Assembly (NCBI GenBank): GCA_019309115.1
Contig: JAFDGW010000006.1
Span: 13,157-77,156, forward strand
Length of the DNA stretch: 64,000 nucleotides
Direction: 5' to 3'
Origin: Deltaproteobacteria bacterium
Lineage (GTDB): Bacteria; Desulfobacterota; Syntrophobacteria; Syntrophobacterales; Thermodesulforhabdaceae
Position 1 is the first letter of the stretch, and each line of letters begins with the position of its first letter. The notes beneath the pieces are model-generated. The model had not been told where the DNA came from. It saw nothing but the letters and a program-made list of their open reading frames with translations, and searched no databases. The position numbers and the translations under genes were made by a program. Of this stretch, positions 35,300 to 44,786 are shown piece by piece.

Positions 35300-36496
35300 T
35301 CAGCTTTTACCGGTCACTAACTTGGCCAGCTGTGGGTCCAGACTCAGTGCATATTTTACAAAACCCGGCGTAGCGCGATATCGCAGCAAAGGTTTGCCGT
35401 CTTTAGTCGTTATCCCCGGTTGTTCCGATATAAACAGGCCTTCAATTCCGGTAAAGTTTACAAGCATAGCATAGCCATCATCTGGCCCCAGAACCATCAT
35501 GGCAGTGGCTAGAGCGTCGGCAAAGGCGGTAGTATTTCCGATAATTGTAACACTTGCCGTTTTTTGAACGGTGAAACCCGTTCTTGGATCCACCACGTGA
35601 GTGTATTTCACGCCGTTTTTAGTTATGTAACGTTCGTAATCGCCAGACGTTACAACACTTCCATCAGATATTCCAAGAACGGCAATCAGCCTGTCGGGAT
35701 CTCTCGGATGTCTCACGCCTATTTTCCAGGGATCTCCGGATGGAGTTTTTCCCATGGCATATATGTCGCCACCTGCATTAATGAGTGCTCCTCGTATGCC
35801 CATTTTTTTCAGGAATTCTATTGTTCTATCGACTATGAATCCTTTGGCTATGCCGCCAAGATCAATCTTCATACCCTTTTTTTGAAATCTTACCGTTCTG
35901 GCGGCAGGATCCAACTTCAGGTATTGCCAGCCCACAAGTTTTAATGCTTTCATCAGTTGCTCTTGGTCAGGAACTTTAAAGTTGTTCTTCCTGTAAATGG
36001 GCCAAAGTTCCAGGAGTGGACCGACGGTGATGTCAAAGGCACCTCCCGTGATACGGCTCACTTCTACCGATTCTTCGATGACTTGGAACAGCTCGTCACT
36101 TACATGGAAGGGCCCTGGATATCCCCTGGCATTCAGGTGGGCGATTTCGCTATTCCGATTGTGTGAGTTCATTTTATTAGAAAGTTTTTTCATGAAAGCA
36201 AAAGCCTTATCCAGCACGCGCGAGGCTTCCTTCGGGTTTGAATGAACCACCTGAATACTCACGACAGTATCCATAAGGAGTTCATCACGGCGGAAAATTT
36301 CTTCCTTGCCTCGGTTTGCGCAGGCATAGGAAAGAGATAAAACCAGGAATATTGTTATGATGACGGCTGTTTCGCGCGATTTTCCTTTCTGCCAGGTAAA
36401 AAGCCGTGAGCGTTTAATGATAAACCCCTTCTGATGGAAGGACTTCTTCAATAAATCCCTCACTTGGGCGTAAAGTAATGTCACCTTCGATGTCAA
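35300..36496 (-). CDS. apbE: FAD:protein FMN transferase ApbE (lipoprotein)
   Basis: Lipobox LSLSYAC, DLGGIAKGF, VVTSGDYERY. The start is uncertain: TTG or GTG candidates at 36451-36496 all overlap the rng 3' end. Confidence 0.8.
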   Translation of the reverse strand: MTSKVTLLYAQVRDLLKKSFHQKGFIIKRSRLFTWQKGKSRETAVIITIFLVLSLSYACANRGKEEIFRRDELLMDTVVSIQVVHSNPKEASRVLDKAFAFMKKLSNKMNSHNRNSEIAHLNARGYPGPFHVSDELFQVIEESVEVSRITGGAFDITVGPLLELWPIYRKNNFKVPDQEQLMKALKLVGWQYLKLDPAARTVRFQKKGMKIDLGGIAKGFIVDRTIEFLKKMGIRGALINAGGDIYAMGKTPSGDPWKIGVRHPRDPDRLIAVLGISDGSVVTSGDYERYITKNGVKYTHVVDPRTGFTVQKTASVTIIGNTTAFADALATAMMVLGPDDGYAMLVNFTGIEGLFISEQPGITTKDGKPLLRYRATPGFVKYALSLDPQLAKLVTGKS

Positions 36497-37925
36497 TTTT
36501 CACTCCGTATCTATTTTCCAGGTCCACAAGGTCCGGTCGTTTCTGGTTAAGTAAGTAAAAGGCTACTTCCGGACAAACCCGTACTTTTACGCCCGAAATC
36601 CCATTGGAAAAGCTTAATCTATCCCATATCTTTCGCAAAAACGCCAGTGATGCCGCTTCCACCGTTTGTACCATGCCATTTCCGCCACAGTACGGACATT
36701 CACGGTATGAACCGAATTGAACATTCAGTCCAGTGTGCTGTCGAGACATTTCCAGAAGTCCAAATCGAGAAATTCTGCCGATGCTGAGCTTCGCTTTGTC
36801 CTTTTTTGCCGCATTTCTTATCGTTTGTTCTACCTTTCTCTTGTGAACCGGCTTAGACATGTCAATAAAATCCACCACCACAAGCCCACCAAGGTCCCTC
36901 AAGCGCAGTTGGCGTGGGATTTCTTCGGCCGCTTCTAAGTTAACCCTGAACGCAGTTTCTTCAATGTCCGGTTCGGACTTCGCCTTGCCTGAATTAACAT
37001 CGATCGATACTAATGCTTCTGTCGGTTCGATTATGAGGTATCCTCCAGATTTCAGCGGTACTCGTTTTTGAAATATCTGTTCTATTTGGGTTTCTATACC
37101 GTAGTGACTAAAAAGAGGTGTTTTATTACGATGAAGTTCCACTATCTTTTGGTGGCGTGGACTTACTATTCTTAAAAAATCCTTAACTTCCCTGTAAACC
37201 TCCTTCTCGTCCACTATTATTTTGGAAATGTTAGGGCAAAAATAGTCTCGTACTACCCGTATGGCAAGGCTTCTTTCCCTATAAATAAGCGATGGTGCCG
37301 GTGCTTTCCTAGCTCGTCGTTTGATGTCTTCCCATATTTTCAAAAGGTATCTAAGATCCCTTACGATTTCCCTCTTGGGCCTTTGAGCCGCAGCTGTTCG
37401 TATTATCACACCAATTTCGTCGGGAAGCTTTAGTTCATGAACCGTGCGCTTGAGACGCTCTCGCTCCTCTTCGTTGGTGATTTTTCTTGATATTGCCCGA
37501 CTGGGATTACCAGGCATCAGGACTACGTATCTTCCTGCCAGGGAAATGTATGTCGTGAGGGCCGCTCCTTTGCCACTGACACCCTCTTTGGTTACCTGAA
37601 CGAGGACCTCCTGACCGGGATGAATCAGGTCCTGAATTTTCGGTTCTCCTGTCGGATCGTGTGAAAAATACTCGGGATGAATTTCGTCCAGCGACAGAAA
37701 ACCGTTTCGCTCCGCACCTATATTCACGAATGCCGCCTGGAGAGAGGGTTGAACCTGTTCGACAATGCCCTTGTAAATATTTCCCAGGTGCTTGGTGTGG
37801 GTAGCCGTTTCTATAAAAAAGCCTTCGAGAGAAAAACCTTCGACAATGGCTATTCTGAATTCTTCAGGATGGATCGCATTGATCAGGAGAAGCTGGCCGT
37901 GATCACTGCAAGACTTTCTATTCAT
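36414..37925 (-). CDS. rng: Ribonuclease G (RNase E/G family)
   Basis: S1 domain GNIYKGIVEQVQPSLQAAFVNIG, the catalytic-core DIEET...VVVDFIDM, and the CPYCGG Zn-link. 503 aa. Confidence 0.85.
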   Translation of the reverse strand: MNRKSCSDHGQLLLINAIHPEEFRIAIVEGFSLEGFFIETATHTKHLGNIYKGIVEQVQPSLQAAFVNIGAERNGFLSLDEIHPEYFSHDPTGEPKIQDLIHPGQEVLVQVTKEGVSGKGAALTTYISLAGRYVVLMPGNPSRAISRKITNEEERERLKRTVHELKLPDEIGVIIRTAAAQRPKREIVRDLRYLLKIWEDIKRRARKAPAPSLIYRERSLAIRVVRDYFCPNISKIIVDEKEVYREVKDFLRIVSPRHQKIVELHRNKTPLFSHYGIETQIEQIFQKRVPLKSGGYLIIEPTEALVSIDVNSGKAKSEPDIEETAFRVNLEAAEEIPRQLRLRDLGGLVVVDFIDMSKPVHKRKVEQTIRNAAKKDKAKLSIGRISRFGLLEMSRQHTGLNVQFGSYRECPYCGGNGMVQTVEAASLAFLRKIWDRLSFSNGISGVKVRVCPEVAFYLLNQKRPDLVDLENRYGVKIDIEGDITLRPSEGFIEEVLPSEGVYH

Positions 37926-39277
37926 CTACGATTCCCCCGCTGCAACCGGTGTTGCTGAGCCTGATACATGAAAGTCCTAATGGCTACTTCGCGATTGGGC
38001 TGGATAGAACCATCATAGGCCACGTCGAGGTAAGGGATGCGCAGAGAATCCAGGAATGGCTTGAGGATAGCCGAGCAAATCGTGCTGGGCATACAGGTAA
38101 AGGGAAAAACGTTCACAATGCCGTCAAAGCCTTCTCGAATGTACTCAATGGCCCCACCTATGCTCAAAGCCGCTTCTGTGCCTATATCAAAGGAAAACAA
38201 TCCGTACCGTTTCAAGTGCCTTTCTATAGTCCATACGGCATGATCAGGCTGTATATCCAGATAGGGGAATACCCTGTCATAAACTTTTTTTTGTTGAAGT
38301 GCTTGCCAGGCAATTTCGATGGTCTGACCCAACCATTTGCGCAACACGCTGAAGAAATTCGACGCGTTCCCCTTCTTCCATTCCTGTCGCAGCCTGCGGC
38401 TCAACTTACGGAAGCCTTCATAACTGACATAATTAATCCACTCCGCAACCGATGCGTCCACCACTTCTCCACCAAACCCTTCAATTTCCCTGATTAAATT
38501 CTGATTACTGGCTGGATGGGTTCTCAAGTATATCTCGCCAACAATGCCGATACGAGGACGTCGGGGTTGGTGTGAGTCCATAAATGAAGCTACAGTTTTT
38601 GCTGTGTCGGCTACAAGATCGAGCATCTCATCAAAGGGAAGGTCTCGGCCCTTTTCCTCGACGAGTTTCTGCATAGCCGCAAGGGCGATTTGCATAAATT
38701 CATCTGTGATCCCTTCTTTATGCTCGTACGGACGCACTCGCCAAGTCATCCGGTCAAAAACATCGGCCACAATGGTGGCTACATAACCAAGTTTCCTAAA
38801 CGTGGATGCATCTTCAGGAGGTAGAATGCCTTCTGTGGAATAGGCATCGTCTGTTGTCAGATAGGCAATGCGTACACCGGAAAATTCAGGAAAGCGGTCT
38901 AAAACCAGTCTCTGGAGCTTATTGTACATGCCGAAACGACATGGCCCGTCTGATTCGGGAAGAAAATAAACATATTTTTCAGGGTCAAAACTAGATCCAA
39001 GTCTTGCGCGTTCTTTTCGCAGAAAATAAAGAATATCACCTAACGTCACCTGACATGGAAAGCACTCCTTGCCTGATGTGAACTCCTTGCCCAGTTCCAG
39101 GCCTTTATAGGTTTCCATAACAATAGCGTCCACGTCGAAGGCTCGTAGGCACGATGCAAGCAATCTGGCGCCAAATGGGGCCATATCGGGAATCAAGAGT
39201 TTTTTACCTTTTATGTTGAATTTTCCGACGTCCGAACGAAGCCGTTGAAAAACAGGATGTTCTACGACCTTTCCCAC
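37922..39277 (-). CDS. 2-hydroxyacyl-CoA-dehydratase-like module associated with CoA-enzyme activases (uncharacterised)
   Basis: TSGKECFPCQ and the GPCRFGMY motifs, as found in the C-terminal part of long activase-related proteins. It overlaps the rng start by 4 nt. Confidence 0.55.
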   Translation of the reverse strand: MGKVVEHPVFQRLRSDVGKFNIKGKKLLIPDMAPFGARLLASCLRAFDVDAIVMETYKGLELGKEFTSGKECFPCQVTLGDILYFLRKERARLGSSFDPEKYVYFLPESDGPCRFGMYNKLQRLVLDRFPEFSGVRIAYLTTDDAYSTEGILPPEDASTFRKLGYVATIVADVFDRMTWRVRPYEHKEGITDEFMQIALAAMQKLVEEKGRDLPFDEMLDLVADTAKTVASFMDSHQPRRPRIGIVGEIYLRTHPASNQNLIREIEGFGGEVVDASVAEWINYVSYEGFRKLSRRLRQEWKKGNASNFFSVLRKWLGQTIEIAWQALQQKKVYDRVFPYLDIQPDHAVWTIERHLKRYGLFSFDIGTEAALSIGGAIEYIREGFDGIVNVFPFTCMPSTICSAILKPFLDSLRIPYLDVAYDGSIQPNREVAIRTFMYQAQQHRLQRGNRR

Positions 39278-39303
39278 TGTTTTCCCTCACTGTTTTAATT
39301 GTT

Positions 39304-42300
39304 TCACGATGCGGCACGACGCAACTTACCATTGATTCGATTTGCGTTTTCGATATTGGAAACCACGTTTTTATACGCCTCAATGCGGGTCAAAATACCG
39401 GCCACGGCGGTATGTTCGTCAAATTCAAGGATTAACGCCGGTTTTTCGGAAAGGACGTGTCTGTAAAAATGCTCGATAAATGAGTCTGGTCCGCAACTAA
39501 AGTTTGTGAGGTGAACACCGTAGAGATGATCTGTACGTGCTATTTTCTTTGCGGCCCTAAGCACTCTGGAGCCAAAACCCCAGTACATTCTGGGAAAATC
39601 ACTCATGTCTTCGTTGTGGAGGGTTATAAAGTCGAACGTGATGGCTTTTATGCCTCGTTTGGCCAGGTGCTTTCCAATTTGCAAATTCAGCCGCGTATCA
39701 TAAAGGTTATAAGGCCGTCCCGAAATTATCCATACAGGATTTCCCGCATCCGCATCGGCAAGAACCGATTTCCCCAGATCCAGCAATCTGGAGCGGAAAT
39801 TCTGGTAGGTCTGCCACGCCCTTTTCACAGCCAGGTCAAGCCGATCTTTGTCTGGACGAGCTCCCTTGATGCGGGAAAGTTCTTTCCACAGAGATTCAGC
39901 CACTGAAGTAGGCCCCTCTTTGAGATAAACCGTCGGGGATACTATGCGGTTCGGCGGGAGGTTGAAAGCCCATCTGGTTATGTACTGACTTCCTTCTACC
40001 AGAGGGCAAAAAAAGCTGGTTTCCTTTTCGTCGAAAGACGGCATGTTTATCACATTGGGAAGAAACAGAATGTCCGCCCGGTCTTTTAGCCAGCTTACAT
40101 GTCCGTGAAACACCTTGACAGGAAAACATGTCTCGGCAGTAACGCTTTCAACACCGGCACGTGATATTTCTTGGTCGGTTAGCCGTCCCAGTAGCACCGG
40201 AAACTCAAGGTTGCGGAAAATGGAAGCCCAGAAAAGAGCCCATTCCCAGAAATGAAGTCCCAAAGGGATACCAACTACGGGAAGGCCACTCATGCCAGGA
40301 GATACCTCGCCGGGCTGAACACCCTGATCGGCGAGCGAATGGAAAAAGATTTCATTGCGTTTGCCAATGTAATCCTCGGCCTGAGGACCGTCGTAGTGGG
40401 TTACTTCATACCGTCCACAGTCTCCTCCCCAGACGCTTTTTCGACCCGCGAAGTTGTAAATCTTAAGTTTGCATTCGTTATGACATTTTGGGTCCGCTCT
40501 GCAGATCACTTCTTTGTAGCTTACCTTCGCTTCAGCAAGTTTTCTCAGATCCCGATCTTTTGAACTTACTTCACCTCGTTCGAACTTTTCTTTGACCAGA
40601 AGCGCTGCTCCATAAGCTCCCATTACTTCACGATGCTTAGGCACAATTATGGGTTTCTTCAGCACTCTTTCAAAGGCCGCCACAATTCCTTTGTTCAGGG
40701 ATGGACCTCCCAGGAACATAATCCTGCTCCCGATGAATCTCTTGCCAACAACGCGATTAAGATAATTGTGTACAATGGCATAGCAAAGCCCTGCAATCAG
40801 GTCTTCACGCCTTGCTCCTTTCTGAGCATAACCCACCACATCCGATTCCATAAAAACCGTGCACCGCTCGGCCAGGTGAATTGGGCTTTTTGATGATAAG
40901 GCGATTTCCTGGAATTCCCCAACAATGTTTATTTTCATTTTGTTGGCCAGCTCATGCAGAAAGCTGCCTGTTCCTGCTGCGCAAACCTTGTTCATGTCAA
41001 AATCTATAGGGTGGGTTTTTTCCACACGGATGTATTTGCTGTCTTGGCCTCCTATTTCGAAAATGGTGTCCACATTGGGATCAACGGACACAGCACCGTG
41101 GGCGTGGGCGGTGATTTCGTCCACAACCAAATCGGCATCGAGAAAGTCACCCACCACATTTCTGCCCGACCCGGTGGTAGCTATGGCAAGTATTTCGCAC
41201 TGTCCTTTCGACGCTTCTAACAGAGTTTTCAGAAGATGCTGGGTAACCTCGATGGGTTTTCCTCGAGTTGGCACATAACATTTGTGAAGTATCTTACCAG
41301 ATGGGTCAATAAAAGCGTATTTCGTCGTGGTTGACCCTATATCCACACCAAGGAACCCTTTCCATCGTGGGGATCCGGAAAGAGAAATGACATTGTCATC
41401 ATCAAATTTTGTAAGTTCCAGCCTTAGCGGTTCAGCTCGTGGAAATTCATACCGATACCCTCCATCTTGGTGCTGTTTTAACAATCTTTCGAGAGCTTCT
41501 AGGTCCGGGCATCCTTTCCAACCTCGTTCGATGGCAATTAATCCAACCCCTATGGCACCTATGGACGTGTGGTACTGTGGCACGATCAGGTCAGGAAAAT
41601 ACTTCTTGAACGCACGTATCTGCAGTTCATTGCTTGCCATTCCGCCAATGAAAATTACTGGCGGATGGATTGTGCGATTTCCTACGATATTACTCATAAA
41701 GTTTGCCGCATTGCCGTAATGTAAGCCCGCAATTATGTTGGGTAGAGGCTCACCTTTGTTCTGTAGGTGTATCATATCGGATTTTGTAAAAACGGTGCAG
41801 CGACATGCCACGGGAGCAGGAGAATCGCTTTCCAGACCTAGTTTGATGAAATCTTCTAGGGTTTTCTGCAGCTTTTCCTGCGAGAATTCCCATGAAGACC
41901 CGTACATGGCGTAGGAAAGTCGTTCCGCCTGCTGGTCTATGAATGATCCCGTGCCGGATGCGCAGGGACCGTTAATATTGAAGTTTTCTAAGAACCATCG
42001 GCCGTTTTCATAACCAATCTGAAACAGGATGGCATCCTGACCACCTATACTGATAATAGAACGCACCCCGGGCACTATGTTAACAGCTCCGACCACCTGA
42101 GCAATGGTTTCGGCTTCATAATGAGTTCCTGTCATTTGTGAAAGTAATTCACCATGCATGCCCGTAAGGGCAAGGCATTTCACATTGTCCGGTGATATTT
42201 CTTTAAAAATGGTCTGAAGGGTGCGTACAAATTCTTCATGAATAAGTCCGAAATGTCGTCGGTATGGTAATTCTTTGACAACTTTTCCCGCATCATCCAA

Positions 42301-42351
42301 GATTACTGTGTTTATACTAACTGAGCCTACATCCATTCCAATGATATACAT
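39304..42351 (-). CDS. Tandem BadF/BadG/BcrA/BcrD (HgdC-type activase) ATPase domains fused to a dehydratase-like domain
   Basis: Two ASKHA phosphate-1 motifs (GMDVGSVSINTVIL and GVDIGSTTTKYAFI) and C-terminal ETCFPVKVFHGHV. 1015 aa. Confidence 0.75.
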   Translation of the reverse strand: MYIIGMDVGSVSINTVILDDAGKVVKELPYRRHFGLIHEEFVRTLQTIFKEISPDNVKCLALTGMHGELLSQMTGTHYEAETIAQVVGAVNIVPGVRSIISIGGQDAILFQIGYENGRWFLENFNINGPCASGTGSFIDQQAERLSYAMYGSSWEFSQEKLQKTLEDFIKLGLESDSPAPVACRCTVFTKSDMIHLQNKGEPLPNIIAGLHYGNAANFMSNIVGNRTIHPPVIFIGGMASNELQIRAFKKYFPDLIVPQYHTSIGAIGVGLIAIERGWKGCPDLEALERLLKQHQDGGYRYEFPRAEPLRLELTKFDDDNVISLSGSPRWKGFLGVDIGSTTTKYAFIDPSGKILHKCYVPTRGKPIEVTQHLLKTLLEASKGQCEILAIATTGSGRNVVGDFLDADLVVDEITAHAHGAVSVDPNVDTIFEIGGQDSKYIRVEKTHPIDFDMNKVCAAGTGSFLHELANKMKINIVGEFQEIALSSKSPIHLAERCTVFMESDVVGYAQKGARREDLIAGLCYAIVHNYLNRVVGKRFIGSRIMFLGGPSLNKGIVAAFERVLKKPIIVPKHREVMGAYGAALLVKEKFERGEVSSKDRDLRKLAEAKVSYKEVICRADPKCHNECKLKIYNFAGRKSVWGGDCGRYEVTHYDGPQAEDYIGKRNEIFFHSLADQGVQPGEVSPGMSGLPVVGIPLGLHFWEWALFWASIFRNLEFPVLLGRLTDQEISRAGVESVTAETCFPVKVFHGHVSWLKDRADILFLPNVINMPSFDEKETSFFCPLVEGSQYITRWAFNLPPNRIVSPTVYLKEGPTSVAESLWKELSRIKGARPDKDRLDLAVKRAWQTYQNFRSRLLDLGKSVLADADAGNPVWIISGRPYNLYDTRLNLQIGKHLAKRGIKAITFDFITLHNEDMSDFPRMYWGFGSRVLRAAKKIARTDHLYGVHLTNFSCGPDSFIEHFYRHVLSEKPALILEFDEHTAVAGILTRIEAYKNVVSNIENANRINGKLRRAAS

Positions 42352-42377
42352 CTCTTTCTCCCCGTTTTGATGGATGG

Positions 42378-43253
42378 TTACTCGGTGCCAATGAAAAATG
42401 GCCTAAATTGAGATTCATCCCATTGTAGCGCCATGTCTATGAGATTCAAAAGTCTTTCACGGTCTTCGGGAAGTTTTCCTTCCAAGTTCAGGTAGTTGGT
42501 GTAATGGTCGCTGAAGATTTTAGTGGGGACATTTATGTTTTCGATGATAATTCTTGCTTCCGTAAGAACTTCATGAGGGCCCAACATCTTGAAACGTCCT
42601 TTCTTTATAAGGTGAAGCATCAAGGTGTTTATTTTGGGCACGAAGGTCCTTATCCTTACGAAATCAGGAGCTATTTCGTTTATTGCCGAAGCAGTTTCGA
42701 TAGCGTGCTCTTCGGTTAGTTCTTTACCACCAAGGCCGAGAATAATGTATTCGCTGAGTTCTATCCCTGCTTCCATAGTCATACGGCCGGCTTCTATTTG
42801 TTGAGCTCTTGTAGCACCTTTTTTCACGCGTCTAAGCACTTCATCACTTCCGCTCTCAAGGCCTACATGAATTCGGGAAAGCCCCGCTTCCTTCAATCTT
42901 TTCATGTCGTTAAGCCCTTTTCTACAAATGTACTGAGCAGACCCGTACACGGTAATTCGCTGAAGTTTCGGGAAGGATTCTGCAATATAGCAACAAACAC
43001 GGGCAAGCTGATCCGTGGGCATGGCTATCGTATTGCCTGCGGGCAAAAAGACTGTGCGAATTAGGTTTCCATAAATTTCACGAGCTTCGTCAACGTCTGC
43101 TCGTATTTCTTCGAATGATCGAACGCGAAAGCGGGGTCCTCGTTTATAAACCATGCAAAAGGTACATTTGTTGTGAGGGCATCCAACAGTAGCTTGAATT
43201 AGAAGACTATCAGCTTCGCTGGGCGGCCTGTAAATAGGGCCTTCATATTTCAT
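42378..43253 (-). CDS. Radical SAM protein (paralog of 11929..13089)
   Basis: GPIYRPPSEADSLLIQATVGCPHNKCTFC (C-x4-C-x2-C as read). It is collinear with the first ~290 aa of the other paralog. Confidence 0.75.
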   Translation of the reverse strand: MKYEGPIYRPPSEADSLLIQATVGCPHNKCTFCMVYKRGPRFRVRSFEEIRADVDEAREIYGNLIRTVFLPAGNTIAMPTDQLARVCCYIAESFPKLQRITVYGSAQYICRKGLNDMKRLKEAGLSRIHVGLESGSDEVLRRVKKGATRAQQIEAGRMTMEAGIELSEYIILGLGGKELTEEHAIETASAINEIAPDFVRIRTFVPKINTLMLHLIKKGRFKMLGPHEVLTEARIIIENINVPTKIFSDHYTNYLNLEGKLPEDRERLLNLIDMALQWDESQFRPFFIGTE

Positions 43254-43445
43254 GGATGCTTCTCCGAAATTTTATTGTGACTTTAAGCCCGGCTGCTCGA
43301 TTAAACGAATATGCCCGGACAAGCCGATAGTCAAGAAAGGTGGTGAGCAATCATAAAGATAACGTGCGCTTTTCTCAGCGAGCGATTTTTACCGGAAATT
43401 TCAAAGGGAGGGTATGGTAAGTTGAGTATATTCTTGGATAAACAC

Positions 43446-44768
43446 TTATTGCTTCAGCTGCTGCCTGCCCAAAGCCAGTTTGATCTTTTCCAAGGCAACG
43501 TAATTGTCATGGTAAGCCTTATAAAAGATGGATTTGGCGGTAAGAAGGGCGCTCTCGGCTTCCAGAACAAAATTTATTGTTGTCCTACCAAGTTTGTATT
43601 TTAGCTTTTCGATACGGAGTACTTCTTCTGCATGTTTAACCGAGCGCCTGGCCGATCTGATACGCGTTAACGTTTCCTGGTAGTCTTTCAATGCCGTCTT
43701 CACTTCTTTTGCAATTTGGAGCCGTTTGTCCTGTAGTGCAAATCTCAGCCTGTTTTCTTCCGCTTTCAGCTTGTCTATTTTACCTTTTCTCAGAAATCCG
43801 TCAAAAATCGGCATAGAGATCATAACGGCCACGTTACCGTCTGAGACAAAATCCGCATCCCCAGAAGCCTGCTTGGAATAGGCACCTCTAAGTGCTATCT
43901 CAGGAAGGTAAGACGCTTTAACGGACTTGGTCTGATACCTTACACTTTCCAGAGAATGTTCAATGCTTTTGAGGTCTGCTCTTTCAGAATAGGCTTCTTC
44001 CAGAAGTTCGTTCACATTAAAATGCTTTTCCTCAATTTCTTCCATAGGCTGCTCTTTGATAACCAACCGTCCCGGCTCATTGTATCCCATAAGCTTGGCA
44101 AGTTCTCCCAAAAGATCTTCTTTGAGGGTTTCCAACTTAGAAAGATCGTCCGTGCTTCGGGATAGAGTTACTTCCACCTTAAGGAGATCCACCTCAGGCA
44201 ACCGACCGACCTTGACCTTTTCCCCTATCTCCCGTACCAGCGTCTCAAGACTTTTTATAGTTGCTCTGGTTGCATCTATTGTTTTGTCCACCGTAATGAT
44301 GGAATAGTAAATTTTTGCAAGCTGAAAGCTCAGGTTCTGCCAGGCCCGGGTGAAGTCTTTTGTCCTGCTTTTTACCAGTTGGGATGCCGCCTTATAGGCG
44401 AAATAATCCTTTCCGAAGGAAAAGGCGATGTAGTTAAAGGTGATGTCCCAAGCCAGCCTTTCATGTCCAGGCTCCTGGGAATCTCCGAATGCTCCTTCAA
44501 TTATCCCGTGTTCTATTTTGTACCTGGTGTAATTGACACCAGTCGATATGGCTGGCAAAAGAGGAGACCTGGCCACTTCTTTTTCACCCTGCTCAGCGTT
44601 GATTACCTCTTTGACCATCTTAAGCTGAGGTGAATTTTTCCAAGCGTATTCACGGATGGCGTCAAGGTCAAAGGATCGCCCCATTGCTGACCCGGTTGTT
44701 ATGGCCAGACCGACTAACAGGAGTAGAAGGCCGCTTTGCAGGTTATTTCCGAACCGAAGAAAACGCAT
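43446..44768 (-). CDS. TolC-family outer-membrane efflux protein
   Basis: Signal peptide and two-fold repeated coiled-coil/beta architecture. It is the last gene of the RND operon. Confidence 0.8.
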   Translation of the reverse strand: MRFLRFGNNLQSGLLLLLVGLAITTGSAMGRSFDLDAIREYAWKNSPQLKMVKEVINAEQGEKEVARSPLLPAISTGVNYTRYKIEHGIIEGAFGDSQEPGHERLAWDITFNYIAFSFGKDYFAYKAASQLVKSRTKDFTRAWQNLSFQLAKIYYSIITVDKTIDATRATIKSLETLVREIGEKVKVGRLPEVDLLKVEVTLSRSTDDLSKLETLKEDLLGELAKLMGYNEPGRLVIKEQPMEEIEEKHFNVNELLEEAYSERADLKSIEHSLESVRYQTKSVKASYLPEIALRGAYSKQASGDADFVSDGNVAVMISMPIFDGFLRKGKIDKLKAEENRLRFALQDKRLQIAKEVKTALKDYQETLTRIRSARRSVKHAEEVLRIEKLKYKLGRTTINFVLEAESALLTAKSIFYKAYHDNYVALEKIKLALGRQQLKQ

Positions 44769-44786
44769 AATTTCTCCTCAATTATG

